IMG/VR virus record: IMGVR_UViG_2526164690_000030
Reading direction: 5' to 3' (one strand)
Source of the DNA: a virus
Taxonomy: Duplodnaviria > Heunggongvirae > Uroviricota > Caudoviricetes
Length of the DNA: 54,025 nt
Part shown: positions 19,321 to 28,587 of the stretch, piece by piece
Position numbering within the stretch: the first letter of the stretch is position 1
How the letters are laid out: each line of letters opens with the position of its first letter
Notes under the pieces: model-generated
The model's input: only the letters and a program-made list of their open reading frames with translations
Database searches by the model: none
Told to the model about the DNA's origin: nothing
Position numbers and translations under genes: made by a program

Positions 19321-20124
19321 TTGAGGATGCTTATGGGCCGTTTTGACGAATGGTTTGCTGACGATGCAAACCTGGCAAGTAAGGAGTCAGAACATGACAG
19401 CACGCAGAGAGAAACGCCAGCGCCGATTGAAGCGAATGCAGGAGGCGCGCCGGAACATGGCAATACCGGTTCGGATTCATTCAGCATTCTGGAAGAGCAA
19501 CCCGCCGCCAAAGCTGATAGCCATGATAATTTTGCTGATAGCAACGGTGGCCTTACTCCGGATGCTGGCGAATCAGATATAGCCATACTTCCTCCTTCCC
19601 TGGCTGGCAGAGAACCAACTCCACAGCTAAAAGCACGCTATAACGGGCATAAAGCCTTTAACGACCAAATCCGCGCAGACTGGATGCTGATTATTGAATC
19701 CAGCCCAGACGCGTTTCAGGCTCTCTTATATCGACCAGATGTTGGCACATATGGGGTAGTCAGCGACGAAACAGGAGAAGAGTCATTCACTGAACTGGAT
19801 AACAACCAACGCGAACTGACTTACCAGGAACCTGAAATCGTTTATGTGCTGGATAACCCTGACGGGCGTGACTCTTTCCATGCGATTGACGCAGACGGTG
19901 AGCAGGATGGCTTAACCGATGATGTTCTGATTCTGCGTATTGCAGCAAATAACGTCCCCGTCGGCTCAATTCTTGAATGGAATGAAGAGATGGTAAACGG
20001 CGTAGCCCGCCGCTGGTGGTACGTGCACCGTATTTTTAGCTACGGCACACAGCATGTTGGTTCGCTTTACTACTGCATACCTGCCAGGAATTTTGATACG
20101 ACTCAAAACGGAGTGATCGAATGA
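19321..20124 (+). CDS. Hypothetical acidic protein, first gene of the baseplate operon
   Basis: Translationally coupled to the three downstream genes (ATGA/overlap junctions). Confidence 0.4.
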   Translation: MRMLMGRFDEWFADDANLASKESEHDSTQRETPAPIEANAGGAPEHGNTGSDSFSILEEQPAAKADSHDNFADSNGGLTPDAGESDIAILPPSLAGREPTPQLKARYNGHKAFNDQIRADWMLIIESSPDAFQALLYRPDVGTYGVVSDETGEESFTELDNNQRELTYQEPEIVYVLDNPDGRDSFHAIDADGEQDGLTDDVLILRIAANNVPVGSILEWNEEMVNGVARRWWYVHRIFSYGTQHVGSLYYCIPARNFDTTQNGVIE

Positions 20125-20888
20125 CTTCAAATAAAACCCTCCTGGCGCGAACCGGTGAATGGCAAACCTTACGCACAGGAAAATTCCAGACCACGGGCTT
20201 TGAAAACGTGGATAACGCGTTTGCGACGCTAATCAGCAACATTTTTTCTGATATCTTACTGGTGGCCCCCGCGCCGGAAGAAAAACGCTTTGCGTCATTC
20301 CTGAATCGTCCACCAGCAGAGCGTGTCTATATGGCCCGTTTCGACAATGCGATCGAGTTTCTTAAAGCAGTTCGTCGCGCAAATGCCGGGCAAGGGAGAA
20401 AACCTGAAAACCAGAACATTAACCGGGATGCTCTCCCCCTGGTCAATATCTCACGCACTATGGATATCAATTATATCAACGATGATCAGCAGATTGACCG
20501 CAAAAAAGTAGCCAGTTTTTGCGAACCAGATACCGGAACGCCTTTAGCAGAACTGGAATACACCCAGGCCATTCTGACGTATGACGTTACGTTAATGGCA
20601 ACTGATAAAGCGACCATGAGTCTGATGTGTAATTCGCTGGGCGCACGGCTTCGCCTGATGACAGGTACACAATTTGAAGCAACCACTCACCTTGTTCGTG
20701 TCCCGGTCCCGCTGATTTGCTCGATACAGGATGCCAAAGAAGTCGGCTTTACGGATGTTTCAGCACCAATTGGAGAAGAGCGTATTTATGCCACACAAGC
20801 GCCGATAAGTGTGATTGCAGACGTGATCACAGCATGGGAGTTGGACGCAAAACGTATTATTACCGAAACCTCGATATCTATGGGGTGA
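20121..20888 (+). CDS. Hypothetical phage tail/baseplate protein
   Basis: Operon position only. Confidence 0.35.
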   Translation: MTSNKTLLARTGEWQTLRTGKFQTTGFENVDNAFATLISNIFSDILLVAPAPEEKRFASFLNRPPAERVYMARFDNAIEFLKAVRRANAGQGRKPENQNINRDALPLVNISRTMDINYINDDQQIDRKKVASFCEPDTGTPLAELEYTQAILTYDVTLMATDKATMSLMCNSLGARLRLMTGTQFEATTHLVRVPVPLICSIQDAKEVGFTDVSAPIGEERIYATQAPISVIADVITAWELDAKRIITETSISMG

Positions 20889-20891
20889 TAA

Positions 20892-21872
20892 GTGGCCCAG
20901 GAGTTACAACAATATTTTCTACAGTCAGTGCTCATTAACGATAACAAAGTGCCACGAGACTGGATTTTTACCGCAGTATATGTAGAAAAAACCAGCCTCA
21001 AAGCCCCTTTGCTAAAACTGGAAATTCATGACGCTACCGGCACCGTAATTGATGACTGGAAAGCCAAATACGGTGCATCGCTGGTGGCTGAAATGGGCGA
21101 TCCAAACGGTAATGCAGGCACTTTTAAAACAGATTTCTTTGTTACGTCTGCAATGCTGGCTGGTGATGTTGTTACCGTTATTGCTGTCAGTGAAGACGTG
21201 CGCAGGTTTAAGATCCCCTCCCCGCGCACAAATTTACATACCAACAAAACACCAGACGCTATATTCAAGGCATATTCCGGCAAGCTTAAAATTACCAGCA
21301 GCGTGCTAAAACGCGCAGTTACATATCATCTGAATGCCGGTGACAAACCGTCAAAAATGCTTTCGGAGATAGCGCGAGACAAAGGTGCATTATGTTGGGT
21401 ATGCCGGGGGGAATTTAACTTTTACACCCTGGCTGATCTGATGAAGCAAACGCCATCATTTACCTACGAGGGGAATAACCCTAAAGCAGAATACACTTTG
21501 TCCAAAATGCGCCTACTCCAACAGGAACATGCGACAACAGCAAAGAATCAATATCGTTTTGTTGGGTATTCCATGACCGATGGCTACGTCGAATATGGCG
21601 ATAGCTCACTCCCAGTGCGTTATATATCCGACTCTGATATGGAAACTCTTCGCAATATGCAGCTGTCTCTCGTCCCCAAAATGGATATAGAAGTCGCAGG
21701 CAATCCTGATATAAAACCGGGGATGGTGATAGAGATTATCGTATACCGCTATGACCAGGAAAACCGCATTGATGAATCAATGCCCCGTAAGCTGATAGTA
21801 AAAAATGTTGCGCACTTTGAAGACCGCGTAGGCTACACAACACGAATGATATTGGGAGTGCCGAACAAATGA
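20892..21872 (+). CDS. Putative baseplate hub/tail protein (gpD-like)
   Basis: Size and position immediately upstream of the spike gene. Confidence 0.3.
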   Translation: MAQELQQYFLQSVLINDNKVPRDWIFTAVYVEKTSLKAPLLKLEIHDATGTVIDDWKAKYGASLVAEMGDPNGNAGTFKTDFFVTSAMLAGDVVTVIAVSEDVRRFKIPSPRTNLHTNKTPDAIFKAYSGKLKITSSVLKRAVTYHLNAGDKPSKMLSEIARDKGALCWVCRGEFNFYTLADLMKQTPSFTYEGNNPKAEYTLSKMRLLQQEHATTAKNQYRFVGYSMTDGYVEYGDSSLPVRYISDSDMETLRNMQLSLVPKMDIEVAGNPDIKPGMVIEIIVYRYDQENRIDESMPRKLIVKNVAHFEDRVGYTTRMILGVPNK

Positions 21873-22522
21873 AGCGTAGAGCGCAAATTGTTGGAACTGT
21901 GCACCCGGCAGGGCTTATGCGTGCTCAAGTCCGTGTTTTACCTGACTGGAATGGCGTTCCTGATGACGATCTACCCTGGGCGGAATACCTGTTACCCATC
22001 GGAAACGCTTTTGTACCCACAGTCAAAGGTGACCTGGTCTGGGTAGAGTTTCCTTATTTAGATGTTAACGGTCGAATAGACACCAGACGCCCAATGATAG
22101 TTGGTGCCGCTCAGGATGCACCGGGAGGAATTCCAAACGTTGCACCAGAAGCATCTGGCAAAGGCAACGGCTGGACGCCGCCGGAAGTAGATGGAGCACC
22201 TCCCCGCCCCCAAATCTCAGCAACGAAAGACTTCGTTATTCACCGCAACAATATTCTTGAAGTACGAACTGCTGGTGGCGGCTATGAAATTGCCAATACG
22301 GCAGCAGGCGCAAGGATTGGCATGAATGAGTCCGGGCAGATATATATCATTGGTCCGGCTGATGTAATCGTGAATGCAGGAGGGAGTGTTAACGTCAAAT
22401 CAGCCAACAACATCAATGTTAATGGGGAAAATATAGCTGTCACCGCTAACGGAGACATAGCTTTCAAGGCAGGAGGAACCTTTCAGGCCACTGCTGGCAA
22501 CTTCGATTTCAAGAAAGGATAG
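21869..22522 (+). CDS. Baseplate central spike protein (gpV / gp5 N-terminal OB-fold-like)
   Basis: VGTVHPAGLMRAQVRVLPDWNGVPDDDLPWAEYLLPIGNAFVPTVKGDLVWVEFPYLDVNGRIDTRRPMIVG fits the spike pattern. Confidence 0.55.
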   Translation: MKRRAQIVGTVHPAGLMRAQVRVLPDWNGVPDDDLPWAEYLLPIGNAFVPTVKGDLVWVEFPYLDVNGRIDTRRPMIVGAAQDAPGGIPNVAPEASGKGNGWTPPEVDGAPPRPQISATKDFVIHRNNILEVRTAGGGYEIANTAAGARIGMNESGQIYIIGPADVIVNAGGSVNVKSANNINVNGENIAVTANGDIAFKAGGTFQATAGNFDFKKG

Positions 22523-22533
22523 AAAATGCACCC

Positions 22534-22574
22534 ATTTGTGTTAGATAATTAATATGTATTTTCTAACACAAATG
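22534..22574. promoter_or_regulatory. Perfect 12-bp inverted repeat ATTTGTGTTAGA - 17 bp - TCTAACACAAAT (candidate repressor operator) upstream of rdgC
   Basis: Seen directly; half-site TTTGTGTTAGAAAA recurs at about 8926-8940, 9590-9600 (inverted) and 32463-32478. Confidence 0.4.
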
Positions 22575-22581
22575 GTGAGAC

Positions 22582-23487
22582 ATGAGATCAGTCGCTTTCA
22601 AAAATATCTTCATCTATCGTCTTTCACGCGAAGTTAGCTGGGATACTGCAGAAGTAAATGCAGCCCTTAGCAAGTTTGTGTTTACCCCATGCGGTTCTCA
22701 GGATATGGCTAAAGCTGGTTGGACCTCCGTTCTTGGTGACAACCTCACCCATGAATACCAGGGTTTTCTTCTGATACAGCATAAACGAGAGGAAAAAATC
22801 CTACCTTCTCAAGTGCTCAAAGAAGAGTTACAGAAAAAAATCCTGACACTTGAAGAAGAGCAAGACAGAAAGCTGAAGAAGACCGAAAAAGATTCGCTGA
22901 AGGATGAAGTGCTTCACTCTCTTCTTCCTCGTGCTTTCACGAGAAAATCACTCGCCAAAATCCTGATCGACCGCAGAAACCATCTGGTATTCGTTGAGGC
23001 AAGCAGCGCCAAAAAGGCAGAGGACCAGCTGGCTTTATTGCGAAAATCGCTCGGCAGCCTGCCTGTCATTCCATTCACACCACGCGAACCGCTGGAAATT
23101 ACAATGACCGAGTGGTTTAAAAACGGCTTCCCTGCCGGATTTACAGCAGGTGAAGACGCCACATTAAAGGGTCTGCTCGATAATGGTGGTGCCGTTCGCT
23201 GCAACAAAGTTGATCTACAGTCCGACGAGATTATGTCTCACATTGAGGCGGGGAAAGTAGCTACGACCGTTGCAATTAACTGGATGGACCGCGCGTCGTT
23301 CAGAGTCAACGATGATATGAGTATCAAAGCCCTGACATTCTGTGATGATCTCTATGACCAGAACGACGATATCGACCGGGAGGATGTAGCACAACGATTT
23401 GATGCTGATTTCGTGCTCTTTACGGGCGAATTATCTGCACTGTTTAACGCGCTGGTGGAGGCCATTGGCGGTGAAGCAGAACGATAA
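22582..23487 (+). CDS. rdgC: Recombination-associated protein RdgC homologue
   Basis: [53 protein letters not shown] and [15 protein letters not shown] closely match E. coli RdgC. Confidence 0.85.
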   Translation: MRSVAFKNIFIYRLSREVSWDTAEVNAALSKFVFTPCGSQDMAKAGWTSVLGDNLTHEYQGFLLIQHKREEKILPSQVLKEELQKKILTLEEEQDRKLKKTEKDSLKDEVLHSLLPRAFTRKSLAKILIDRRNHLVFVEASSAKKAEDQLALLRKSLGSLPVIPFTPREPLEITMTEWFKNGFPAGFTAGEDATLKGLLDNGGAVRCNKVDLQSDEIMSHIEAGKVATTVAINWMDRASFRVNDDMSIKALTFCDDLYDQNDDIDREDVAQRFDADFVLFTGELSALFNALVEAIGGEAER

Positions 23488-23503
23488 TAACCGACCGCTT
23501 GTT

Positions 23504-24151
23504 GTGAGTCTTTGTGATTTTACGGGGGCAATGGTTGCCCCCTGGCTGGAATACGGTGTCGATGCCGCTATCGTCGATCCACAGCACTTATCGACCAGTG
23601 ACGAGCGGATGCAATCAGGTGCCGTTCTGACGCGTATTAGTGCGATCATCGATAGCGATGAAGTATACGCTTTTCTCCGTAAGAATTTGCAGCGCATCGT
23701 GTTTCTGGCCGGGTTCCCACCGTGTACTGACCTGGCTGTTTCCGGCGCGCGCTGGTTTTCGGACAAGGCTAATAAAGATCCGGTTTTCCAGTTCAAAGCA
23801 ATGCAGGTTGTCTGGCAGTGTTATGACATTGCAAAGATGATCGGTTGTCCGTACATGATTGAAAATCCGGTCAGCAAAATATCGACATTCTGGCGTAAGC
23901 CAGATCACATCTTTCACCCTTACTTCTTCACTGCATATTGTCAGGAAGATAACTACACCAAAAAAACATGCCTCTGGAGCGGCCAGGGCTTTGTCATGCC
24001 TGATGCCCTAATGGACGAATCATTAGGCAAGCCAGATAACAGAATCCATGCCGCGCCACCAGGGCCTGACAGGGCTAATTTTCGAAGTGCTACTCCACAT
24101 GGATTCGCAAAGGCAGTTTTCGAAGCGAATAAGGGGGTGCTCTATGAGTAA
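23504..24151 (+). CDS. Short C5-cytosine methyltransferase-like protein (motif I-like, PC motif, ENP motif; lacks recognisable C-terminal half)
   Basis: GFPPCTDLAVSGARW (motif IV PC) and MIENPVS (motif VI); start set at GTG after rdgC stop because track start 23399 lies inside rdgC. Confidence 0.4.
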   Translation: MSLCDFTGAMVAPWLEYGVDAAIVDPQHLSTSDERMQSGAVLTRISAIIDSDEVYAFLRKNLQRIVFLAGFPPCTDLAVSGARWFSDKANKDPVFQFKAMQVVWQCYDIAKMIGCPYMIENPVSKISTFWRKPDHIFHPYFFTAYCQEDNYTKKTCLWSGQGFVMPDALMDESLGKPDNRIHAAPPGPDRANFRSATPHGFAKAVFEANKGVLYE

Positions 24152-25049
24152 ATCTATAGCAAGCATAGCCATAGAAAAACAGGATACGATGGCTGAAATT
24201 AGCTATATGCGCACCATTCGGACTCCGGATGAATATGAGCGTCCGATATTCAAATGGGTAGGTGGTAAATTCTCAGAATTGCCTACAGTGCTTGAGCATC
24301 TACCACACGGTAAGCGGTTAATAGAACCATTCGTTGGTGGCGGTTCCGTATTTACGAATGCAGGATTTCGCCACAACCTGCTTAATGATATTAACGGTGA
24401 CCTGATTAACTTCTATCAGACATTGCAGCGAGAAGGACATTCGCTCGTCACGCTGTCATATAGTTTTTTCCAAAATTACAACAACGCTGACGCTTACCTC
24501 GAAGTGCGTGAGGCATTTAACAGAGGAAAGTATGACCAGCTACATCATGCTGCCGCCTTTTTGTACCTTAATCGGCACTGTTTTAATGGCGTAACGCGGT
24601 ACAACCAAAATGGCGAGTTCAACGTGGGGTATGGCAAATACAAAGCGCCCTACTTCCCACATGCAGAGATGGAGGCATTTTTGGCTGATGACGTACTCAA
24701 AAACACGTCCTTTGTATCAGGTGACTTTGCTGGCGTCATCGAGGCGGCTGGTGAAGGCGATGTGATTTTTTGCGATCCGCCGTATGAACCGCTGCCGGAT
24801 ACAGAAGGGTTTACCAGTTATTCAGGAAATAGCTTCCGTTTCGACGAACAGAAACGGCTGGTATCTCTATTGGTGGAAGCCCACCAGCGCGGCGCTAAGG
24901 TAGTGATAACAAATAGTGGTGCGCCAAACATCCGTGAACTATATGAAGGAAACGGGTTTAAAGTACATCATATGGCAGCCAGACGGTCGGTGTCCTGCAA
25001 GGCGTCAACACGTGTAGTTGCTAACGATATAATTGCAATAATGAAGTAA
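24144..25049 (+). CDS. dam: DNA adenine methyltransferase (Dam-like, N6-adenine MTase with DPPY motif)
   Basis: FKWVGGKFSELPTV...EPFVGGGSVF...IFCDPPYEPL; start ATG overlaps stop of preceding ORF (ATGAGTAA). Confidence 0.85.
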   Translation: MSKSIASIAIEKQDTMAEISYMRTIRTPDEYERPIFKWVGGKFSELPTVLEHLPHGKRLIEPFVGGGSVFTNAGFRHNLLNDINGDLINFYQTLQREGHSLVTLSYSFFQNYNNADAYLEVREAFNRGKYDQLHHAAAFLYLNRHCFNGVTRYNQNGEFNVGYGKYKAPYFPHAEMEAFLADDVLKNTSFVSGDFAGVIEAAGEGDVIFCDPPYEPLPDTEGFTSYSGNSFRFDEQKRLVSLLVEAHQRGAKVVITNSGAPNIRELYEGNGFKVHHMAARRSVSCKASTRVVANDIIAIMK

Positions 25050-25082
25050 AAAACGCCGCAGTAGCGGCGTTTACTTTTTTAT
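25050..25082. terminator. Bidirectional rho-independent terminator between convergent dam and glnS
   Basis: cgccgc-agta-gcggcg hairpin flanked by A-run and T-run. Confidence 0.7.
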
Positions 25083-25097
25083 GTGGCGAAATACCTA

Positions 25098-26759
25098 TTA
25101 ACCTAACTTCGCCCAGGTATCACGCAGCCCAACGGTGCGGTTAAATACCGGTTTTTCCGCCGTAGAATGGCGGCTGTCGAGGCAGAAGTAACCTTCACGC
25201 TCAAACTGGAATGCTTTACCCGCAACCGCATCTTTCAGCGACGGTTCAGCAAAGCCCTGTTTGATCACCAGCGATTCCGGGTTAATCACCGACAGGAAAT
25301 CATCCGCAGCACCTGGGTTCGGCACGCTGAACAGACGGTCATACAAACGGATTTCAACCGGCAGCGCATGTGCCGCGCTCACCCAGTGAATAACACCTTT
25401 GACTTTACGACCATCTGCCGGATCTTTGCTTAAGGTATCGGCGTCATAAGTACAGAAGATGGTGGTGATATTACCTTCGGCATCTTTCTCGACGCGTTCT
25501 GCCTTAATCACATAAGCATTACGCAGACGCACTTCTTTACCCAGCACCAGACGTTTGTACTGCTTGTTAGCTTCTTCGCGGAAATCGGCGCGATCAATCC
25601 AAATCTCACCGCTAAACGGCACCTGACGGCTCCCCATTTCCGGTTTGTTCGGATGGTTCGGCATGGTGACCATTTCGCCTTCGCCCTGATAGTTTTCGAT
25701 AACCAGTTTCACCGGATCGATAACCGCCATTGCGCGCGGCGCATTTTCGTTGAGATCTTCACGGATGCAGGATTCCAACGACGCCATCTCAATGGTGTTG
25801 TCCTGCTTGGTCACGCCGATGCGTTTGCAGAACTCACGAATAGAAGCAGCAGTGTAACCACGACGACGCAGACCGGAAATGGTCGGCATACGCGGGTCAT
25901 CCCAGCCTTCAACGTGCTTGTCGGTCACCAGCAGGTTCAGCTTACGCTTGGACATCACAGTGTATTCCAGATTCAGGCGCGAGAATTCGTACTGGCGCGG
26001 GTGAACAGGAATGGTGATGTTGTCCAGTACCCAGTCATACAGACGACGGTTGTCCTGGAACTCAAGCGTACACAGAGAGTGCGTAATACCTTCCAGCGCA
26101 TCGCTGATGCAGTGGGTGAAGTCGTACATCGGGTAGATGCACCACTTGTTGCCAGTCTGGTGGTGTTCAGCAAACTTAATGCGGTACAGCACCGGGTCGC
26201 GCATCACGATAAACGGCGAAGCCATATCGATTTTCGCACGCAGGCAGGCTTTACCTTCTTCAAAACCACCGGCACGCATTTTTTCGAACAGCGCCAGGTT
26301 CTCTTCAACGCTGCGATCGCGGTACGGGCTATTTTTACCCGGCTGCGTCAGGGTGCCGCGGTATTCGCGGATCTGTTCCGGCGTCAGTTCGTCAACATAC
26401 GCCAGGCCTTTGTTGATCAGTTCAACAGCATAGGCATGGAGTTTGTCAAAATAATCGGAGGAGTAACGGATGTTGCCAGACCAGTGAAAACCTAACCATT
26501 CAACGTCGTTTTTAATCGACTCGACGTACTCGATATCTTCTTTTACCGGGTTAGTGTCGTCGAAACGCAGGTTGCACTGGCCTTTATAGTCCTGGGCGAT
26601 CCCGAAGTTCAGGCAGATAGATTTCGCATGACCAATATGCAGATAGCCATTCGGTTCCGGCGGGAAACGGGTATGTACTGTGGTGTGCTTACCACTGGCC
26701 AGATCTTCATCGATGATCTGACGAATAAAGTTAGTCGGGCGGGCTTCTGCCTCACTCAT
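25098..26759 (-). CDS. glnS: Glutaminyl-tRNA synthetase, enterobacterial chromosomal type
   Basis: 553-aa product [53 protein letters not shown]... with HIGH and VMSKR motifs, near-identical to E. coli GlnRS. Confidence 0.95.
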   Translation of the reverse strand: MSEAEARPTNFIRQIIDEDLASGKHTTVHTRFPPEPNGYLHIGHAKSICLNFGIAQDYKGQCNLRFDDTNPVKEDIEYVESIKNDVEWLGFHWSGNIRYSSDYFDKLHAYAVELINKGLAYVDELTPEQIREYRGTLTQPGKNSPYRDRSVEENLALFEKMRAGGFEEGKACLRAKIDMASPFIVMRDPVLYRIKFAEHHQTGNKWCIYPMYDFTHCISDALEGITHSLCTLEFQDNRRLYDWVLDNITIPVHPRQYEFSRLNLEYTVMSKRKLNLLVTDKHVEGWDDPRMPTISGLRRRGYTAASIREFCKRIGVTKQDNTIEMASLESCIREDLNENAPRAMAVIDPVKLVIENYQGEGEMVTMPNHPNKPEMGSRQVPFSGEIWIDRADFREEANKQYKRLVLGKEVRLRNAYVIKAERVEKDAEGNITTIFCTYDADTLSKDPADGRKVKGVIHWVSAAHALPVEIRLYDRLFSVPNPGAADDFLSVINPESLVIKQGFAEPSLKDAVAGKAFQFEREGYFCLDSRHSTAEKPVFNRTVGLRDTWAKLG

Positions 26760-27027
26760 TGTGGATTCCTCAAAGCGTAAACAACGTATAACAGCGTATG
26801 ATCTTATAAGCCGAATAGGCTGACAACCACTAGTTGATTAGAAATTGCTTTCTATCGTTATTTCAATAATGAGCTTTTTCATGAAGCCCACTTTTGCGCA
26901 TAAGTAAATTAATGACAAATGGTACACAATTGGAACCAAAAAGGATGTAAAGGTGCACCAAATTAGTGGTGTATTGGTGCACCTTTGGTTCAAGACTTTT
27001 TAAGTTCTAAAACCAACCTGAAAGACT

Positions 27028-27315
27028 TTATTTTGCTTCCTCAGACTCCGCTAACATGAGGATAGCATGGCGGATCATATTCAATTTGCTGCGATTATGC
27101 TTTTTACTTAACGCATCAAGTACTTGGTACTCGTATTCATTGAAACCAACACGAATAGATTTAAAATCACGTGGAGCGTCCTTATCGAGCACTTTGTTGT
27201 CTTCTGGTTGCTCACCCGGCACCAAATCAGCCTTACTGGCAAAATCCTCAATTCGGCGTTCAAGATCAGGGTCTTTTACTTCGGGGGCTTTTACCGATTT
27301 ACGAGGCTTAATCAC
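27028..27315 (-). CDS. ParG-like ribbon-helix-helix centromere-binding protein
   Basis: 95-aa protein overlapping parA stop (ATGA); C-terminal RVGFNEYEYQVLDALSKKHNRSKLNMIRHAILMLAE RHH-like. Confidence 0.55.
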   Translation of the reverse strand: MIKPRKSVKAPEVKDPDLERRIEDFASKADLVPGEQPEDNKVLDKDAPRDFKSIRVGFNEYEYQVLDALSKKHNRSKLNMIRHAILMLAESEEAK

Positions 27316-27949
27316 TTAATAACTCCTTAACCAACATCTGGATTTCACCTTTAGCTTTCCCGTTGTCCATCTCAACAACGCCCTTCCCTTCAGCCATGCA
27401 ATCGCGGTAAACCTTACGATCACGAATGATGGTTTTCAGCAACTTCAGTTGCGGATATTCAGCCAGGTACTCTTTGGCCTCATTGGTTTCATTCACAACC
27501 GGATTGGATGGGGCCATTGTTAAGACTGCGAACGCCTTGATGCTAGGATTAGGCATCAGGTCCAAAGCCTCTTCAAACACTTCAACAAAGTGTGCCAGCG
27601 TGTCTAAATCTGGTTGAGATGGTCTGAATGGGACCAACACAATATCTGCAGCGGTTATGCCTGTACGCATCTCTTTGCTATCGCGCCCGGCTGTATCAAC
27701 AACTACAAATTCATAACGCTTATCCAGATCGAGAAGTGTTTCTCGAATATTACCAAACTTCTGGACACAATGAATTACAGGAGAAACCTCTGCCGTGTTA
27801 CGGTCAGCTGCCCAGCGGGCAGCTGTTCCTTGCTTGTCTGCATCTAGTAACACTACATCCTTATTTTCGCGGGCAAGCTCCGCACAGATGTTTACGCTTG
27901 TGGTTGATTTTCCACAGCCACCTTTTTGGCTGACTACCAATATAATCAT
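27308..27949 (-). CDS. parA: ParA/ParF-type partition ATPase (small type Ib ParA)
   Basis: Deviant Walker A MIILVVSQKGGCGKST; start set at internal ATG with GAGGA RBS. Confidence 0.85.
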   Translation of the reverse strand: MIILVVSQKGGCGKSTTSVNICAELARENKDVVLLDADKQGTAARWAADRNTAEVSPVIHCVQKFGNIRETLLDLDKRYEFVVVDTAGRDSKEMRTGITAADIVLVPFRPSQPDLDTLAHFVEVFEEALDLMPNPSIKAFAVLTMAPSNPVVNETNEAKEYLAEYPQLKLLKTIIRDRKVYRDCMAEGKGVVEMDNGKAKGEIQMLVKELLSD

Positions 27950-28190
27950 ATCCGTTCCTCGGTGTGATTTTGGTATCAAAACGGTTCCAGATAAGAGCCT
28001 TTTTGATGCGGGACAGGCTCTATAATGGAGTCATGAATGTTTGGCAAAGTATAACATCAATCAGACCAAATACACCTTATATTGCATCCTATTTAACACG
28101 AAAGCAGCCCAAAATTGGAACCAGATACAAAATTGCACCATAACAGCACCTAACTGGTGCCAGATTAACACCAATTAGACACCATTAAGG

Positions 28191-28222
28191 CATAAAAAAG
28201 GCTGCAATTTGCAGCCTTAAAC
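28191..28222. terminator. Bidirectional terminator hairpin ggctgcaa-t-ttgcagcc
   Basis: Perfect 8-bp stem with flanking A-run, downstream of parR. Confidence 0.6.
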
Positions 28223-28236
28223 CAGCACATCTTCTG

Positions 28237-28581
28237 TCAATCAGGTAGAGAGTCAGCCAGATTGCGCGCCGACGCGCTTTTGGCAACAAATTGCTCCTTC
28301 ACTGGCTCAATGGAGGCAGGGCGCTCCTCAACCGCAGCTGGTAGTTCCAAGAAGGATGCCAGCATTTTTCGGATCAGCTCCGGGTTATTGTCTTCGGTCA
28401 GCAGGGAAGCCAGTAATCCTGGAAGCCTGCTATCGACTTCTCCCAGCGCAAGCCCTGCCAACAATGCAGTTCTTGCCATATCGCTATGTTTTTTTATCTT
28501 CTCGCTCGCCGCCTTTTCATTGGCATAAGCCTCTGGGCGAAGATAAATCATCACTTTCTTACGTTCCTGAGACATGGACAT
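28237..28581 (-). CDS. parR: ParR/StbB-like centromere-binding adaptor of the type II partition system
   Basis: 114-aa protein immediately downstream of parM; RTALLAGLALGEVD resembles the R1 ParR RHH region. Confidence 0.55.
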   Translation of the reverse strand: MSMSQERKKVMIYLRPEAYANEKAASEKIKKHSDMARTALLAGLALGEVDSRLPGLLASLLTEDNNPELIRKMLASFLELPAAVEERPASIEPVKEQFVAKSASARNLADSLPD

Positions 28582-28587
28582 ACCTCG

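Noticed and set aside
19170..19586. 138-aa minus-strand ORF overlapping the higB start and first baseplate gene
   Set aside because: Overlaps two better-supported genes on either strand; no start context.
23399..23503. Track start of the methyltransferase-like ORF inside rdgC
   Set aside because: Would require a 89-nt out-of-frame overlap with rdgC; a GTG or ATG just after the rdgC stop is more plausible.
25653..26495. 280-aa plus-strand ORF inside glnS
   Set aside because: Antisense to the glnS coding sequence; low-complexity translation.
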